Assembly (NCBI RefSeq): GCF_001194135.2
Contig: NC_068981.1
Span: forward strand, 93,823,013 to 93,870,435
Length of the DNA stretch: 47,423 bases
Source of the DNA: Octopus bimaculoides
Taxonomy: Eukaryota
Reading direction: 5' to 3'
The notes beneath the pieces are model-generated. The model was given only the letters and a program-made list of their open reading frames with translations. It did not search any database and was not told the DNA's origin. How positions within the stretch are numbered: the stretch's first letter is position 1; every line of letters begins with the position of its first letter. The translations under genes and the position numbers were made by a program. Shown here one piece after another: positions 1 to 10,566 of this stretch.

Positions 1-48
1 ATATATATATGCATATATATACATACACACATGTGTATATATATATAC

Positions 49-91
<43 letters not shown>
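1..91. repeat. Compound (TA)n/(CA)n/(TG)n microsatellite
   Basis: Read directly from the sequence. Confidence 0.95.
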
Positions 92-95
<4 letters not shown>

Positions 96-370
96 TCTTA
101 TCCCTAGCTTGAATCAACACAAGAAAACGCTATGCTGATTACGTCCATTGAAGTAGAGACACTTACTGAAAGCTGTCGCCTTGCCTCCAGTATAATGCAT
201 TGTCAGTTCCCTAATGTCATGTTAATTTATGACAATGATTATTGATTCATTGAGATTATCTTCCCTTCCATTCAGAGTCTGTTGTAATTACCAGTAAGTA
301 TTTGTTTTACTTTCTCTCCAAGCTTCAATAATGCATAAATATTATATGTACGAGTATGTGTTTAAATATA

Positions 371-658
371 GTGGCTGCGTGGTAAGAAGCTTCCATCCCA
401 ACCACAAGGTTTCAGGTTCAGTCCCACCGTATGGCACCTTGAGCCGGTGCCTTCTACTATAGCCTTGGGCCGACCTTGTGAGTTGATTTGGTTGATGGAA
501 ACTGAAAGAAGCCCGTGCTATATGTCCTCCCATTATCGCTTGATAACAGACGTTAGTGTGTTTACACCCCGTAACTTAGAGGTCTGGTAAAAGACACCGA
601 TAGAAAAAATACTAGGCTTACAAAGAATAAGTCCTGGGGTCGATTTGTTCGACTAAAA
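371..658 (+). mobile_element. tRNA-derived SINE, family C (head + short internal spacer + tail)
   Basis: Head GTGGCTGCGTGGTAAG...GGTTCAGTCCC has pol III A/B-box-like motifs. Tail CCGTAACTTAG...GAATAAGTCCTGGGGTCGATTTG matches other copies in the window (28742-29112, 30608-31065 minus, 42720-42917). Confidence 0.8.
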
Positions 659-660
659 CT

Positions 661-1530
661 GATCGCTTATAAGCCTCAAGCATATAAAATACTATTATTA
701 TTATTTACAGAATTGTAAAAATCGACGCTGCTTACCAAAAGCCATCGCAGAAAAAACACATGAAGTTTGTTTACAAAAACAACACTACGAACTAAATCAT
801 AGATCTTGAATCTGATAGAAAGAAGTGAGTTTGTACGTTGATGTGAATGGTTAACACACTTGTCGTGAAAACAAGGACTTCGAGGTTATAGTCCCACGTG
901 TACGGGAAAACCTTATTTTTCCGTCGAAAGTAGGTGGGGCTTATATGGACGGCGATCGCTTATAAGCTTTAAATATATCTATATGTATTACATGCGTATA
1001 AGAAGAGATGACCACTAAGTGGACATCCGATATGCTAGAAAAAGATTACCTACGATCTAACCACAAAGAAAAGAATTTTCTCCAGAAAAAAAATTTAAAT
1101 TCCACTATTATTTCTCTTTTGATAATTTTCTCTTTCCTCTGTTTATACTTTATTTAATAAGAATAATAATATAATACACCTAATAATGATAATAATTGAT
1201 TCCTTTGTATGCATATACATATATATAAATGCATCGATATGTATTTATGCATATTTATGTATATGTATATATATGTAAAAGTGTGTATATATGTAAGTAT
1301 CTATATTTATAACTTAACCTTATGAACTTTCTAAACACCCTGACGAAGCCCAGAGGCACACCTAAGTACCTTAATCTTATTTAACAAATACTTCAATTCA
1401 CTGAAGGGATGGAAGTAAAGTGGGGTACTATGACCTCTTGGCTGAAACAGCTGTAAGAAACTATTCTACTTTCTATGTTCTACGTTATATATTTTAATAA
1501 TTACTGGTATTTTTTATATATGTAAAGCAT
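661..1530 (+). mobile_element. Putative non-autonomous Penelope-like (PLE)/retrozyme-like composite remnant
   Basis: 14-bp direct repeat GATCGCTTATAAGC at 661-674 and 954-967, a tRNA-like segment at ~835-897 and a PLE-type hammerhead core at 1340-1455. Boundaries, and whether this is one element, are uncertain. Confidence 0.35.
1328..1460 (+). ncRNA. Type I hammerhead ribozyme-like motif (minimal PLE-type palindromic stem III, very long stem II); activity doubtful
   Basis: CTGACGA (1340-1346); stem II AGCCCAGAGG (1347-1356) pairs with CCTCTTGGCT (1434-1443) at 9/10; GAAA (1444-1447); palindrome ACAGCTGT (1447-1454); GTA cleavage triplet (1453-1455). Stem I TTTCT/AGAAA is offset by 7 nt. Confidence 0.55.
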
Positions 1531-1570
1531 AATATGTTATACATGTATGTATATTGTTATAATTGTTTTT

Positions 1571-1572
<2 letters not shown>

Positions 1573-1602
<30 letters not shown>

Positions 1603-1603
1603 A
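1573..1603. repeat. (AAAT)n microsatellite
   Basis: Read directly. Confidence 0.9.
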
Positions 1604-2336
1604 CATAACATAATGTCTAAAAGCTGATGAATACCACCTCTTGATCCCTCCATTTTCTTATTGCCGTATAAATTAAGGGTAAAACAATTTTATACCTTCA
1701 CCCATTTATTACATTCAGTAGTGTAATTGCCATGCAAAGAAAAAAACATTTGTGTATTAATAATTGAGTATTCTACCAGCAGTATATTGGATAGATATTA
1801 TCCCTTAGTTGGTTGGATTCACAACCTCTAACTCTATTAGTNNNNNNNNNNNNNNNNNNNNNNNNNNNNNNNNNNNNNNNNNNNNNNNNNNNNNNNNNNN
1901 NNNNNNNNNNNNNNNNNNNNNNNNNNNNNNNNNNNNNNNNNNNNNNNNNNNNNNNNNNNNNNNNNNNNNNNNNNNNNNNNNNNNNNNNNNNNNNNNNNNN
2001 NNNNNNNNNNNNNNNNNNNNNNNNNNNNNNNNNNNNNNNNNNNNNNNNNNNNNNNNNNNNNNNNNNNNNNNNNNNNNNNNNNNNNNNNNNNNNNNNNNNN
2101 NNNNNNNNNNNNNNNNNNNNNNNNNNNNNNNNACTTCCATTTGCGGCCGCGTGTATGGAGAAAAAAAGAATTGTCTTTGAAAGAAAACTTCTTCGTACAA
2201 GAACAAGGATTGGAATTTTACCTCTTGCGAATAAGTATCCTTCTCATTTGTTTATTTTCTTTTTTGTTTGGTAATAGCGGATGAAAATTTGAGTTAAGAC
2301 TTAATGTTTGTTTACTTTCTGAGAATTTACGTTCAA

Positions 2337-2351
2337 ACACACACACACACA

Positions 2352-2382
<31 letters not shown>
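2337..2382. repeat. (CA)n(CT)n microsatellite
   Basis: Read directly. Confidence 0.9.
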
Positions 2383-2385
<3 letters not shown>

Positions 2386-2599
2386 CATACATACGCACAG
2401 AGTATAATTTTCATTCAAATTTTCTTACAACGACCTCTTCGTTTTCATTCTAGTTGAAAAATAGAAATCATTACGAAACGCCTTTCTTTTCACTATCGTT
2501 TCTTTTTTTTCACTTTATCTCTTCAGAATTATATAGAATTATAAATCCTATGTAGAATTATAAATTTTGTTTTTCGTTTTCTTACACATCTTCGTTACC

Positions 2600-3070
2600 T
2601 GCTCCTACTCTCTTTTTCATACTTACCTCTTCCTCTCTCCTTCCTTCACATTCCTCCCTTTCTCGCTCCTCTCTCCCTCTCTTTATCTCTCTTTACACCT
2701 ACCTCTTTCACTCTCTCTTCCTTATCTTCCTCTTTTTCTCATCTCTCTCCCTCCTTTTCATATCTTCCTCCTTTTCTCACTTCTCTTTCCCTTCCTTTGT
2801 CTCTCTCAACATCTACCTCTCTTCCTGTCACCTCACCTTCTCCCTCATATACTTCCAATTTTCCCCCTCTTCTCACTCCGTCTCTCCCTTTTCCTCTCAT
2901 CCTTCATCCAATCCTGTCTCTACCCCCCCCCTCTGTCTCTCTTTCTCTTCGTCTCCTCTCCAACACTCTGTCGATATTTCTCTTTCCCTCCTCTCCCTCA
3001 TTCTGTCTCTCTTTCTCTTCACCTCCTCTCCCTCACTCTGTCTCTCTTTCTCTCCCCCTCCAAGGTCTCT
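2600..3070. repeat. CT-rich polypyrimidine low-complexity tract
   Basis: About 470 bp dominated by C/T, with imperfect internal repeats such as TCCTCTCCCTCA(T/C)TCTGTCTCT. Confidence 0.9.
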
Positions 3071-3344
3071 CAGGAAATTATTGATTTTGTTATTATGCAA
3101 CAGGCCCCCAATATTTAGTAAAAATATTGGCGTGACGACTGTGCAGGCGTTAGGGGAGGCCATCTACAAATACAAGCCATTTCAAAAAGCGGGGTCCTTG
3201 GAATTCAGGAGCAAGGAATGCAAAATTCGCCCGAACTTGATATTGGGCTAGTTAGTCGAGCATCTATGGTTGACAATGAGCGCAAGACTATTCTTCTGCA
3301 GTAGTGGAAGCCATCAAAGCAGTTTACATACCCAAAGAATCACC

Positions 3345-4260
3345 AGAAGGTATTCTCCAACATGGGAAGAAAAGTTTCCATGGCTTAGGTCACTTTAAGT
3401 CACTGGATACAGTTTTTGCTTAGTGTGCATTTGCTTTGCTGCCCAAGATATGAGCAATCCTGAATTTGTAGCCAAACCATTCCAGGATCGGAAGAATGCT
3501 TGTGGTCTCTACCTCGTCATGAAAAGTCAGAACCCATTAAGGAGCAATGAAAATGTCTGATGAGTTTTTGATGATATGCCAAGAAGAAAAGAAATTAATC
3601 ACAGAACATCTTTCTAAAGCATATGNNNNNNNNNNNNNNNNNNNNNNNNNNNNNNNNNNNNNNNNNNNNNNNNNNNNNNNNNNNNNNNNNNNNNNNNNNN
3701 NNNNNNNNNNNNNNNNNNNNNNNNNNNNNNNNNNNNNNNNNNNNNNNNNNNNNNNNNNNNNNNNNNNNNNNNNNNNNNNNNNNNNNNNNNNNNNNNNNNN
3801 NNNNNNNNNNNNNNNNNNNNNNNNNNNNNNNNNNNNNNNNNNNNNNNNNNNNNNNNNNNNNNNNNNNNNNNNNNNNNNNNNNNNNNNNNNNNNNNNNNNN
3901 NNNNNNNNNNNNNNNNNNNNNNNNNNNNNNNNNNNNNNNNNNNNNNNNNNNNNNNNNNNNNNNNNNNNNNNNNNNNNNNNNNNNNNNNNNNNNNNNNNNN
4001 NNNNNNNNNNNNNNNNNNNNNNNNNNNNNNNNNNCCATCAGGAGGCAAATCATTAATGAAGCCATGAAGGCTGACTATTACAGTATCATGGCTGAGGAAA
4101 TTTGTGATGCATGGCTTTCGAAAACAACCTTCTATTTCTCTTTGTATATTTTTTTGTAAAGTTAGAATTTCTCTGTTTTGGTCCGGATTTTCCAATTTCA
4201 TTTTTCTTGTATAAAGCAATTGACAGAAGCATTTAAAAACAATTAAATTCATAGAAGCGA
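3345..4260 (+). pseudogene. Decayed hAT-superfamily transposase fragment (ZMYM1-like; TTF-type zinc finger and DUF4371 region), copy 1, interrupted by a gap
   Basis: Frameshifted translation RRYSPTWEEKFPWLR..LDTVF..VCICF resembles the TTF zinc finger; then KMSDEFLMICQEEKKLITEHLSKAY; after the gap IRRQIINEAMKADYYSIMAEEICD, typical of the DUF4371 F/YSIxxDETxD region. Multiple stops and frameshifts. Confidence 0.75.
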
Positions 4261-4269
4261 GCAAAATCA

Positions 4270-4607
4270 AGAATATTAATCTTAATTGTAATGATGGAGA
4301 GGAGTAAACATTTTTGGATCTAGTTAGTTTGAGTCACAAAATCAGTCCCCTTTAATTTTGCTCAGATTGTTTCCAAATTTGGGCTATGGATGGAGTTGGG
4401 AATTTTGATTACACTCAACCAATATCTCGTAAATTAAATAATTTGATGCTATTTGGAATTAAAGTTGGAAAAATTTGTGTAATTTTAGCCAATCAACAGA
4501 CAGCGAGGCATTAACAGCTAGTTACCATAGCAACATATGACTCGCTGTGCTGAGTTTTCTTGTCTGCACGCAGTTTCTCTGTACATGTTTCGATTTTGTT
4601 ATTTTTG
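4270..4607. mobile_element. Possible non-autonomous DNA-transposon segment abutting the truncated hAT fragment
   Basis: Non-coding segment with AGCCAATCA and GTTACCATAGCAAC motifs, of a kind often seen inside invertebrate MITEs. No termini identified. Confidence 0.25.
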
Positions 4608-4617
4608 NNNNNNNNNN

Positions 4618-5260
4618 GAAGAATGCTTGTGGTCTCTACCTCGTCATGAAAAGTCAGAACCCATTAAGGAGCAATGAAAATGTCTGATGAGTTTTTGATG
4701 ATATGCCAAGAAGAAAAGAAATTAATCACAGAACATCTTTCTAAAGCATATGCTCAGCAAGTTGAAAATCTTTTTTATGCATTCTTGATGTAATCACTTT
4801 TATCTCTTTTATGCATTCTTGATGTAATCACTTCCCTTGCAAAAAGAGGAATATCATTTAAAGGAAGCTGGTCCCATGAGAAGAAGGAAAAAGACAGTAA
4901 TTTCAACTTTTTTATTAAGTGGAAAAGATAATCCTGAATTTGCAGCCTCTCTGGAAAATGCACCGAAGAATGCCAAATATTTATCTCCTGTTATCCAGAA
5001 TCAATTGATTGAATGTCTTGCAAAGGCCATCAGGAGGCAAATCATTAATGAAGCCATGAAGGCTGACTATTACAGTATCATGGCTGAGGAAATTTGTGAT
5101 GCATGGCTTTCGAAAACAACCTTCTATTTCTCTTTGTATATTTTTTTGTAAAGTTAGAATTTCTCTGTTTTGGTCCGGATTTTCCAATTTCATTTTTCTT
5201 GTATAAAGCAATTGACAGAAGCATTTAAAAACAATTAAATTCATAGAAGCGAGCAAAATC
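4618..5260 (+). pseudogene. Decayed hAT-superfamily transposase fragment (DUF4371 region), copy 2
   Basis: ORF 4837..5151 contains NPEFAASLENAPKNAKYLSPVIQNQLIECLAKAIRRQIINEAMKADYYSIMAEEICD, matching the NAxYxSxxIQNELI motif of ZMYM1-like hAT transposases. Sequence is identical to copy 1 wherever both are visible. Confidence 0.8.
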
Positions 5261-6378
5261 AAGAATATTAATCTTAATTGTAATGATGGAGAGGAGTAAA
5301 CATTNNNNNNNNNNNNNNNNNNNNNNNNNNNNNNNNNNNNNNNNNNNNNNNNNNNNNNNNNNNNNNNNNNNNNNNNNNNNNNNNNNNNNNNNNNNNNNNN
5401 NNNNNNNNNNNNNNNNNNNNNNNNNNNNNNNNNNNNNNNNNNNNNNNNNNNNNNNNNNNNNNNNNNNNNNNNNNNNNNNNNNNNNNNNNNNNNNNNNNNN
5501 NNNNNNNNNNNNNNNNNNNNNNNNNNNNNNNNNNNNNNNNNNNNNNNNNNNNNNNNNNNNNNNNNNNNNNNNNNNNNNNNNNNNNNNNNNNNNNNNNNNN
5601 NNNNNNNNNNNNNNNNNNNNNNNNNNNNNNNNNNNNNNNNNNNNNNNNNNNNNNNNNNNNNNNNNNNNNNNNNNNNNNNNNNNNNNNNNNNNNNNNNNNN
5701 NNNNNNNNNNNNNNNNNNNNNNNNNNNNNNNNNNNNNNNNNNNNNNNNNNNNNNNNNNNNNNNNNNNNNNNNNNNNNNNNNNNNNNNNNNNNNNNNNNNN
5801 NNNNNNNNNNNNNNNNNNNNNNNNNNNNNNNNNNNNNNNNNNNNNNNNNNNNNNNNNNNNNNNNNNNNNNNNNNNNNNNNNNNNNNNNNNNNNNNNNNNN
5901 NNNNNNNNNNNNNNNNNNNNNNNNNNNNNNNNNNNNNNNNNNNNNNNNNNNNNNNNAAGAAAGTGGTTCGGGGGAATTTGTACTGGTGGTGCACTCGCAA
6001 TGGATGTAATGAACGTTTGTCAGTAAGGGCAGGAAGAAAAAAGAAAAATCTCGGATTTTTCGCGAGTATTCAACGTATCTAACCCGCAAACCACTTTTTT
6101 TTACAGAAAAGAAAGAGGGAGGGTGGTGTGAGACCTCGAAGTTTTCCGGAACCCAAAAAAGGAAAGATTTGGCTGCTATTTATCACAAGCCCTGATACCA
6201 CATAACAGCTATATGCGATAAAGGTCCCGCCGTTATCGCAAAGAGCTACTAATCCAGGTGCTCGTGTAAAAGATTTACCCAATATACAAACAAATACATT
6301 AATATAACAAAAAAATAAAATAAAAACATGACTTCATAAGGTATTTATCTTTATTTAGAAACCTAGAATGACCAGGTC

Positions 6379-6445
6379 ACACAGGGTACAACCTTACACA
6401 GGGTACAACCTTACACATGGTACAACCTTACACAGGGTACAACCA
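6379..6445. repeat. 17-bp minisatellite, about 4 copies (ACACAGGGTACAACCTT)
   Basis: Units at 6379, 6396, 6413 (one G>T change) and 6430 (partial); no spacers. Confidence 0.95.
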
Positions 6446-6849
6446 TAAAATTGACACTAAAAATAGTGTTTCGATTTTTAAACGTCTGTAACTTTTTCGT
6501 CAATTTTTTTCAATAAATTCTTTGGTTCAAATGAATAAAGAATGAATACGTTTAATATGACATATTTTCAGATTTTTTACTTCATTTTGGGACTCAAACT
6601 AACTAAATCCACACTCTTTTTCCTGAGCATAAAAAATCCTCTTCCCGGGTGACAATAGTTTATATGTCAGATTGTTGCACAAGTTCTAGCCATTTTGATA
6701 AGAGAAACCAAAAAGGTTTGAAATGATTTCAGCGGCATTTACTTGTACCAAAGAGCACTCTTTCGATAGACAACACGTTGATTACATAAGTGTCACGTGG
6801 TGGAAATAAATGCAATTAGCAAATTTTCATTCATAAGACCATTTACTAT

Positions 6850-7200
6850 TTCGTTTCTTTGCATATACGAGAGGCTCGGAGTGGGAATTGCAGTAGGTAT
6901 GGGAGGACATTGAGGGTGATAGCAGGTAGGCGAGGCGTTAATGATGACTGACAGCTGAGGGGAGAGAAAGAAGGTGATTGGTGGAGACAGTAGGCGGGGA
7001 AGATAATGGGAAATGGAAGTGGTTGGTGTGAGGGAAGAGAGGTAACTGAGAAAGCCAAAGGATGTTGTATGTGCCTATTCTTCTCTCAGGTGACAGAGAG
7101 GCGATGGGTGTTAGGGGATGAAATGAGGAGCGGAAAGGATGACGGAACAGAGAGGATGGAGGTGGGGTGGGACAGAACCCTCATGGACAAGCATTACCAA
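6850..7200. repeat. GA-rich low-complexity region
   Basis: Purine-rich imperfect repeats. Confidence 0.6.
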
Positions 7201-7224
7201 AGTGATTTTTAGGTTATCAGTACT

Positions 7225-8735
7225 GTCATGGAAAGATCTTCTTGAGTAGAGTAAGGCGCCAGATATCTCAATCCTTTTTTTATCTCTTTCGTAAGGCTCA
7301 GCGTCTTGAGACTGGCCTTCAATACTTTGTTCCATGTCTTCTTGAGTTCCCCTCTTCCACAAGTTCCATCCACTTTAAGTGATTAACACTTCTTTATGCA
7401 ACTGTTCTCATCTATGCGCACTACATGACCAAACCGGTGTTGTCTCCTCTCTTGCACACAGCACCTAACTCCTCTTATGATTAACTTCTATCTCAATACT
7501 CTAGCACTCTGTTGCACATGTACACTGACATTACACATCCAGCGGAACATACTAGCTTCATTCCTCTCTAATCTCTGCATGTCCTCTGCATTAGGGCTCA
7601 CGTTTCGCTACCATGTAGCATTGCAGTTTGTACACATGCATCATGCAATCATCCTTTCTCTCGGAAAGAGAACTTCGGTTGCCAACAGAAGTAAAAGCTC
7701 TCTGAAGTTTTTCCTTCCTATTCTTATTCTAGCAATTACACTTTCAGTACATCCTCCTTCACTGCTAATTAGGTCACCTATGTAGCATAAATTATCCACC
7801 AGCTCTAGAGAACTTCCAGGGAATTAGAGAAAATCAAATTAATTTTCGGTCTATCTGTAGACTTTACAGCTTCTGTACATCTTCCACATGCAAACGACCA
7901 CTTTATTAACCTTCCTATTATTCCACTGCACAACTTGTGTATCCATAGCTTGCACTAGGTACACCGAATGAAATTTTTACCTAAACCTTTGCTACATATC
8001 GGATAGGACCATTTGCCCGAAGTGGATAGGGTCCTGTCCGAATCCTTGCTTACTAGGACCTTGGTCCTTACTAAGTTAACTTTAAGACCCTTCGATTGGA
8101 CATTTTGCTTTCACACCTGGAATTTCTTTTCTAATTCTGTTACAGATTCTGTTATGAGACCAAGATCATTGGCGTATAGTAGTTCTCACGAGCATCCGAT
8201 CTTAAATTCCTCTGTTATAGCCTAGTGGTCAATGATGAATAGGAGGGGGCTGAACACCGAGCTTTGGTGAACACCTATCTCATGGCTAATTCTTGCCTTA
8301 ACAGCACCCCTGTACATGACCTGTACTGTTTTCACAAGCCATTTGTCTACCTCCTAGCTTCCTCGGAGACCACTATATTACAGAGCAAGGAAGTTTGTCG
8401 AAAGCTTTCTCTAAATCGGAAAATGCCAAGGACAACGATTTATTCTTATCGAAACACTCCTATTGTAGTTGACGACGATGAAAATAGCATTAGTTGTGCT
8501 TCTTTCCGGCACAAAGCCAAACTGCATTTTATCTACTTTAATTCTGTCCCTAATTAATTCAGTTATAACCCGTTCCGTAAGTTTCATCGTCTGGTCCAGC
8601 AATTTGATGCTCTATAATTACTTCTAAGACATCTCATTTAAACTTGTAGCAGCTGCTATACCAGTCACTGGGGATCACACCTTCCCGAATAACCTAACTA
8701 TGCAGATGACTAGACCATATCCTACTCTACCAGAT
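7225..8735 (-). mobile_element. 5'-truncated, decayed RTE-clade LINE (RT domain to C-terminus)
   Basis: Minus-strand translation IKLLDQTMKLTERVITELIRDRIKVDKMQFGFVPERSTTNAIFIV (RT domains 1-2), GVHQSSVFSPLLFII (GVxQGSVLSPLLF), ELLYANDL (YADD) and C-terminal FGHVVRIDENSCIKKC..LKVDGTCGRGELKKTW. Many stops and frameshifts. Confidence 0.9.
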
Positions 8736-8776
8736 ATTTAAGCATCTCTCACACATACACATATATATATGAAATC

Positions 8777-8777
<1 letters not shown>

Positions 8778-8864
<87 letters not shown>
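8778..8864. repeat. (GACA)n(GATA)n microsatellite
   Basis: Read directly. Confidence 0.95.
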
Positions 8865-8865
<1 letters not shown>

Positions 8866-9809
8866 GCACAGACTTCCAAACGAGCGAAAAAAACATACCA
8901 GCCAAGTTATTGCTCTCTATTCATTTCCCTTCGTTTCTTTTACCAACTCTACATACTTTTCCGCCTTCTACTTTTTCTCGCTTCCTACTTGAGTATGCGT
9001 GTGTGCGTGCGTGCGTGCGTGCGTGCGTACCTATGTCGATATGTGTATATGTCTGTATGTATATGTATGCGTCTATATGTGACTTTCAGTGATTTATGTT
9101 GACAAAGTATGTAAACTTCAACGAAATTACAGATATAAAAAAACGATGCTCTTCGAATTATATTTGATATTTTTTGTGCTGGATTACACAGACATAACGT
9201 TCTCAGTGCCACCGTCGTAAAATTTTTTATTGCACAAACTGCGAATCAAAAATACTCGTAAATAAATTTATCAAAAATATCACCATGGCTGAGACTATAA
9301 AAATCTGATATATAGTGATATCGATTTGTCGATTTAATTGATTATATTTGTATCTTGTCTTGGCATGACAATTCATTTGATTTGGTATTGCTGATGTTGA
9401 ATTTGTTCATCTGTATTTTTAACATTATTATTTTGTTCGTGATTTTTCAATATCAGCTAACGAATATATACATATATGTGTTACTGTACACAAACTAAAA
9501 CGCTCGAGTATTCAAGTTTCATCATTTCTTCGGTGTACAATTTATGTAAATATATATATACTTGAAGGGGTTTCATTTTTATATACTTGAAAGTGACTGA
9601 TGACTTACGTAAGGTTACAAGAATATTGAGATATTTCAAACTTGCAATGTTTATTTGTATACTGATGTGCGAAATCATCGCTATTGTTATTAGTTGACCG
9701 CAGTTCAGCCCTGATTAAAGACCAAAAACCAAAAACGTTCCACTCTTAGACATAGCCTAAATGTAGCATACATATATGCATGCATGTGTACACATACTCA
9801 CACGCACAC

Positions 9810-9900
<91 letters not shown>

Positions 9901-9945
9901 GAAANNNNNNNNNNNNNNNNNNNNNNNNNNNNNNNNNNNNNNNAG

Positions 9946-9979
<34 letters not shown>

Positions 9980-10000
9980 AGGGGAGAGAGAGAGAGAGAG
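9810..10000. repeat. (GATA)n/(GA)n microsatellite spanning a small gap
   Basis: Read directly. Confidence 0.95.
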
Positions 10001-10202
10001 AAAAGTGAGATGGAAAAAATAAATGCCAGGCTTAAAAATAAAAACTAGAGTTGACATGATTGAAATGGAAATGATGGTTGAGTATGGTCTCAGTCCATAT
10101 GCTAACACCAGAAAAGGCGTAAAAGATAAAAGAATGAAATATGCGCTTCGATATTCAATTCCAAAAATGAATTGTGCGTTGTCTATGGGCGTGTGTTTTT
10201 GA

Positions 10203-10474
10203 GGGCGCATGACCTAATGGTTGGGGTGTTGCACTCACAATCGCGAGATCGTAGTTTCAATTCCTTGGCAGGGTTGTGCCTTGTGCTTTTGAGCAAGACT
10301 TCATCTAGCTTGCTCTGCAAGTACTTCGATACTTGACGTGCGATACACCGTGCACCTTTTCAGGCAACATTGATTTACATGGTGAGTGTGAGCTAATGTA
10401 CAGCACAAGCATTTGGTTACTATAAACAAATCATTTGTGCAGTTCGTTCAGCAAGAAATTGCAGAACCGTCTTT
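10203..10474 (+). mobile_element. tRNA-derived SINE, family E (degenerate)
   Basis: Head GGGCGCATGACCTAATGGTTGGGGTG...GTTTCAATTCC with A/B-box-like motifs, followed by TTGTG..TTGAGCAAGAC, typical of the central domain of molluscan SINEs. Confidence 0.65.
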
Positions 10475-10566
10475 CTCGGACTACGAGAGACTACCCTCAT
10501 ATACATGTATGTATGTATGTATGTATTATGTATGTATGCATGTATGTATGTATGTATGTATGTAGT

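Noticed and set aside
1625-1631. Other CTGATGA matches (1625, 3558, 4684, ~9594) as additional hammerhead cores
   Set aside because: None is followed by a paired stem II, GAAA and an NUH triplet; two lie inside the hAT coding remnant.
2222-2250. Minus-strand MRRILIRKR frame ending at AGAG|GTAAAA
   Set aside because: Moderate donor, no recognisable peptide and no linked exon; indistinguishable from chance.
2567-3118. 183-aa Leu/Ser/Phe-rich ORF that looks like a membrane protein
   Set aside because: It is the translation of a CT-rich low-complexity tract, which cannot contain stops; no recognisable domain.
5957-6026. KWFGGICTGGALAM resembling the GICTDGAxAM motif of hAT transposases
   Set aside because: Only ~20 codons next to a gap, the key Asp is absent and the frame closes immediately; too little to call.
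6215-6255. TGCGATAA...TTATCGCA hairpin followed by CTACTAAT as a Helitron 3' end
   Set aside because: The terminal CTRR motif is not cleanly met and no matching 5' TC end or Rep/Hel sequence was found.
6379-6445. 17-bp and 23-bp (27738-27801) arrays as possible CRISPR-like repeats
   Set aside because: Head-to-tail tandem repeats with no unique spacers, no cas genes, and a eukaryotic context.
10023-10202. 59-codon plus-strand ORF MPGLKIKTRVDMIEMEMMVEYGLSPY...
   Set aside because: No recognisable motif or convincing splice sites; an ORF of this length is expected by chance in a 47-kb window.
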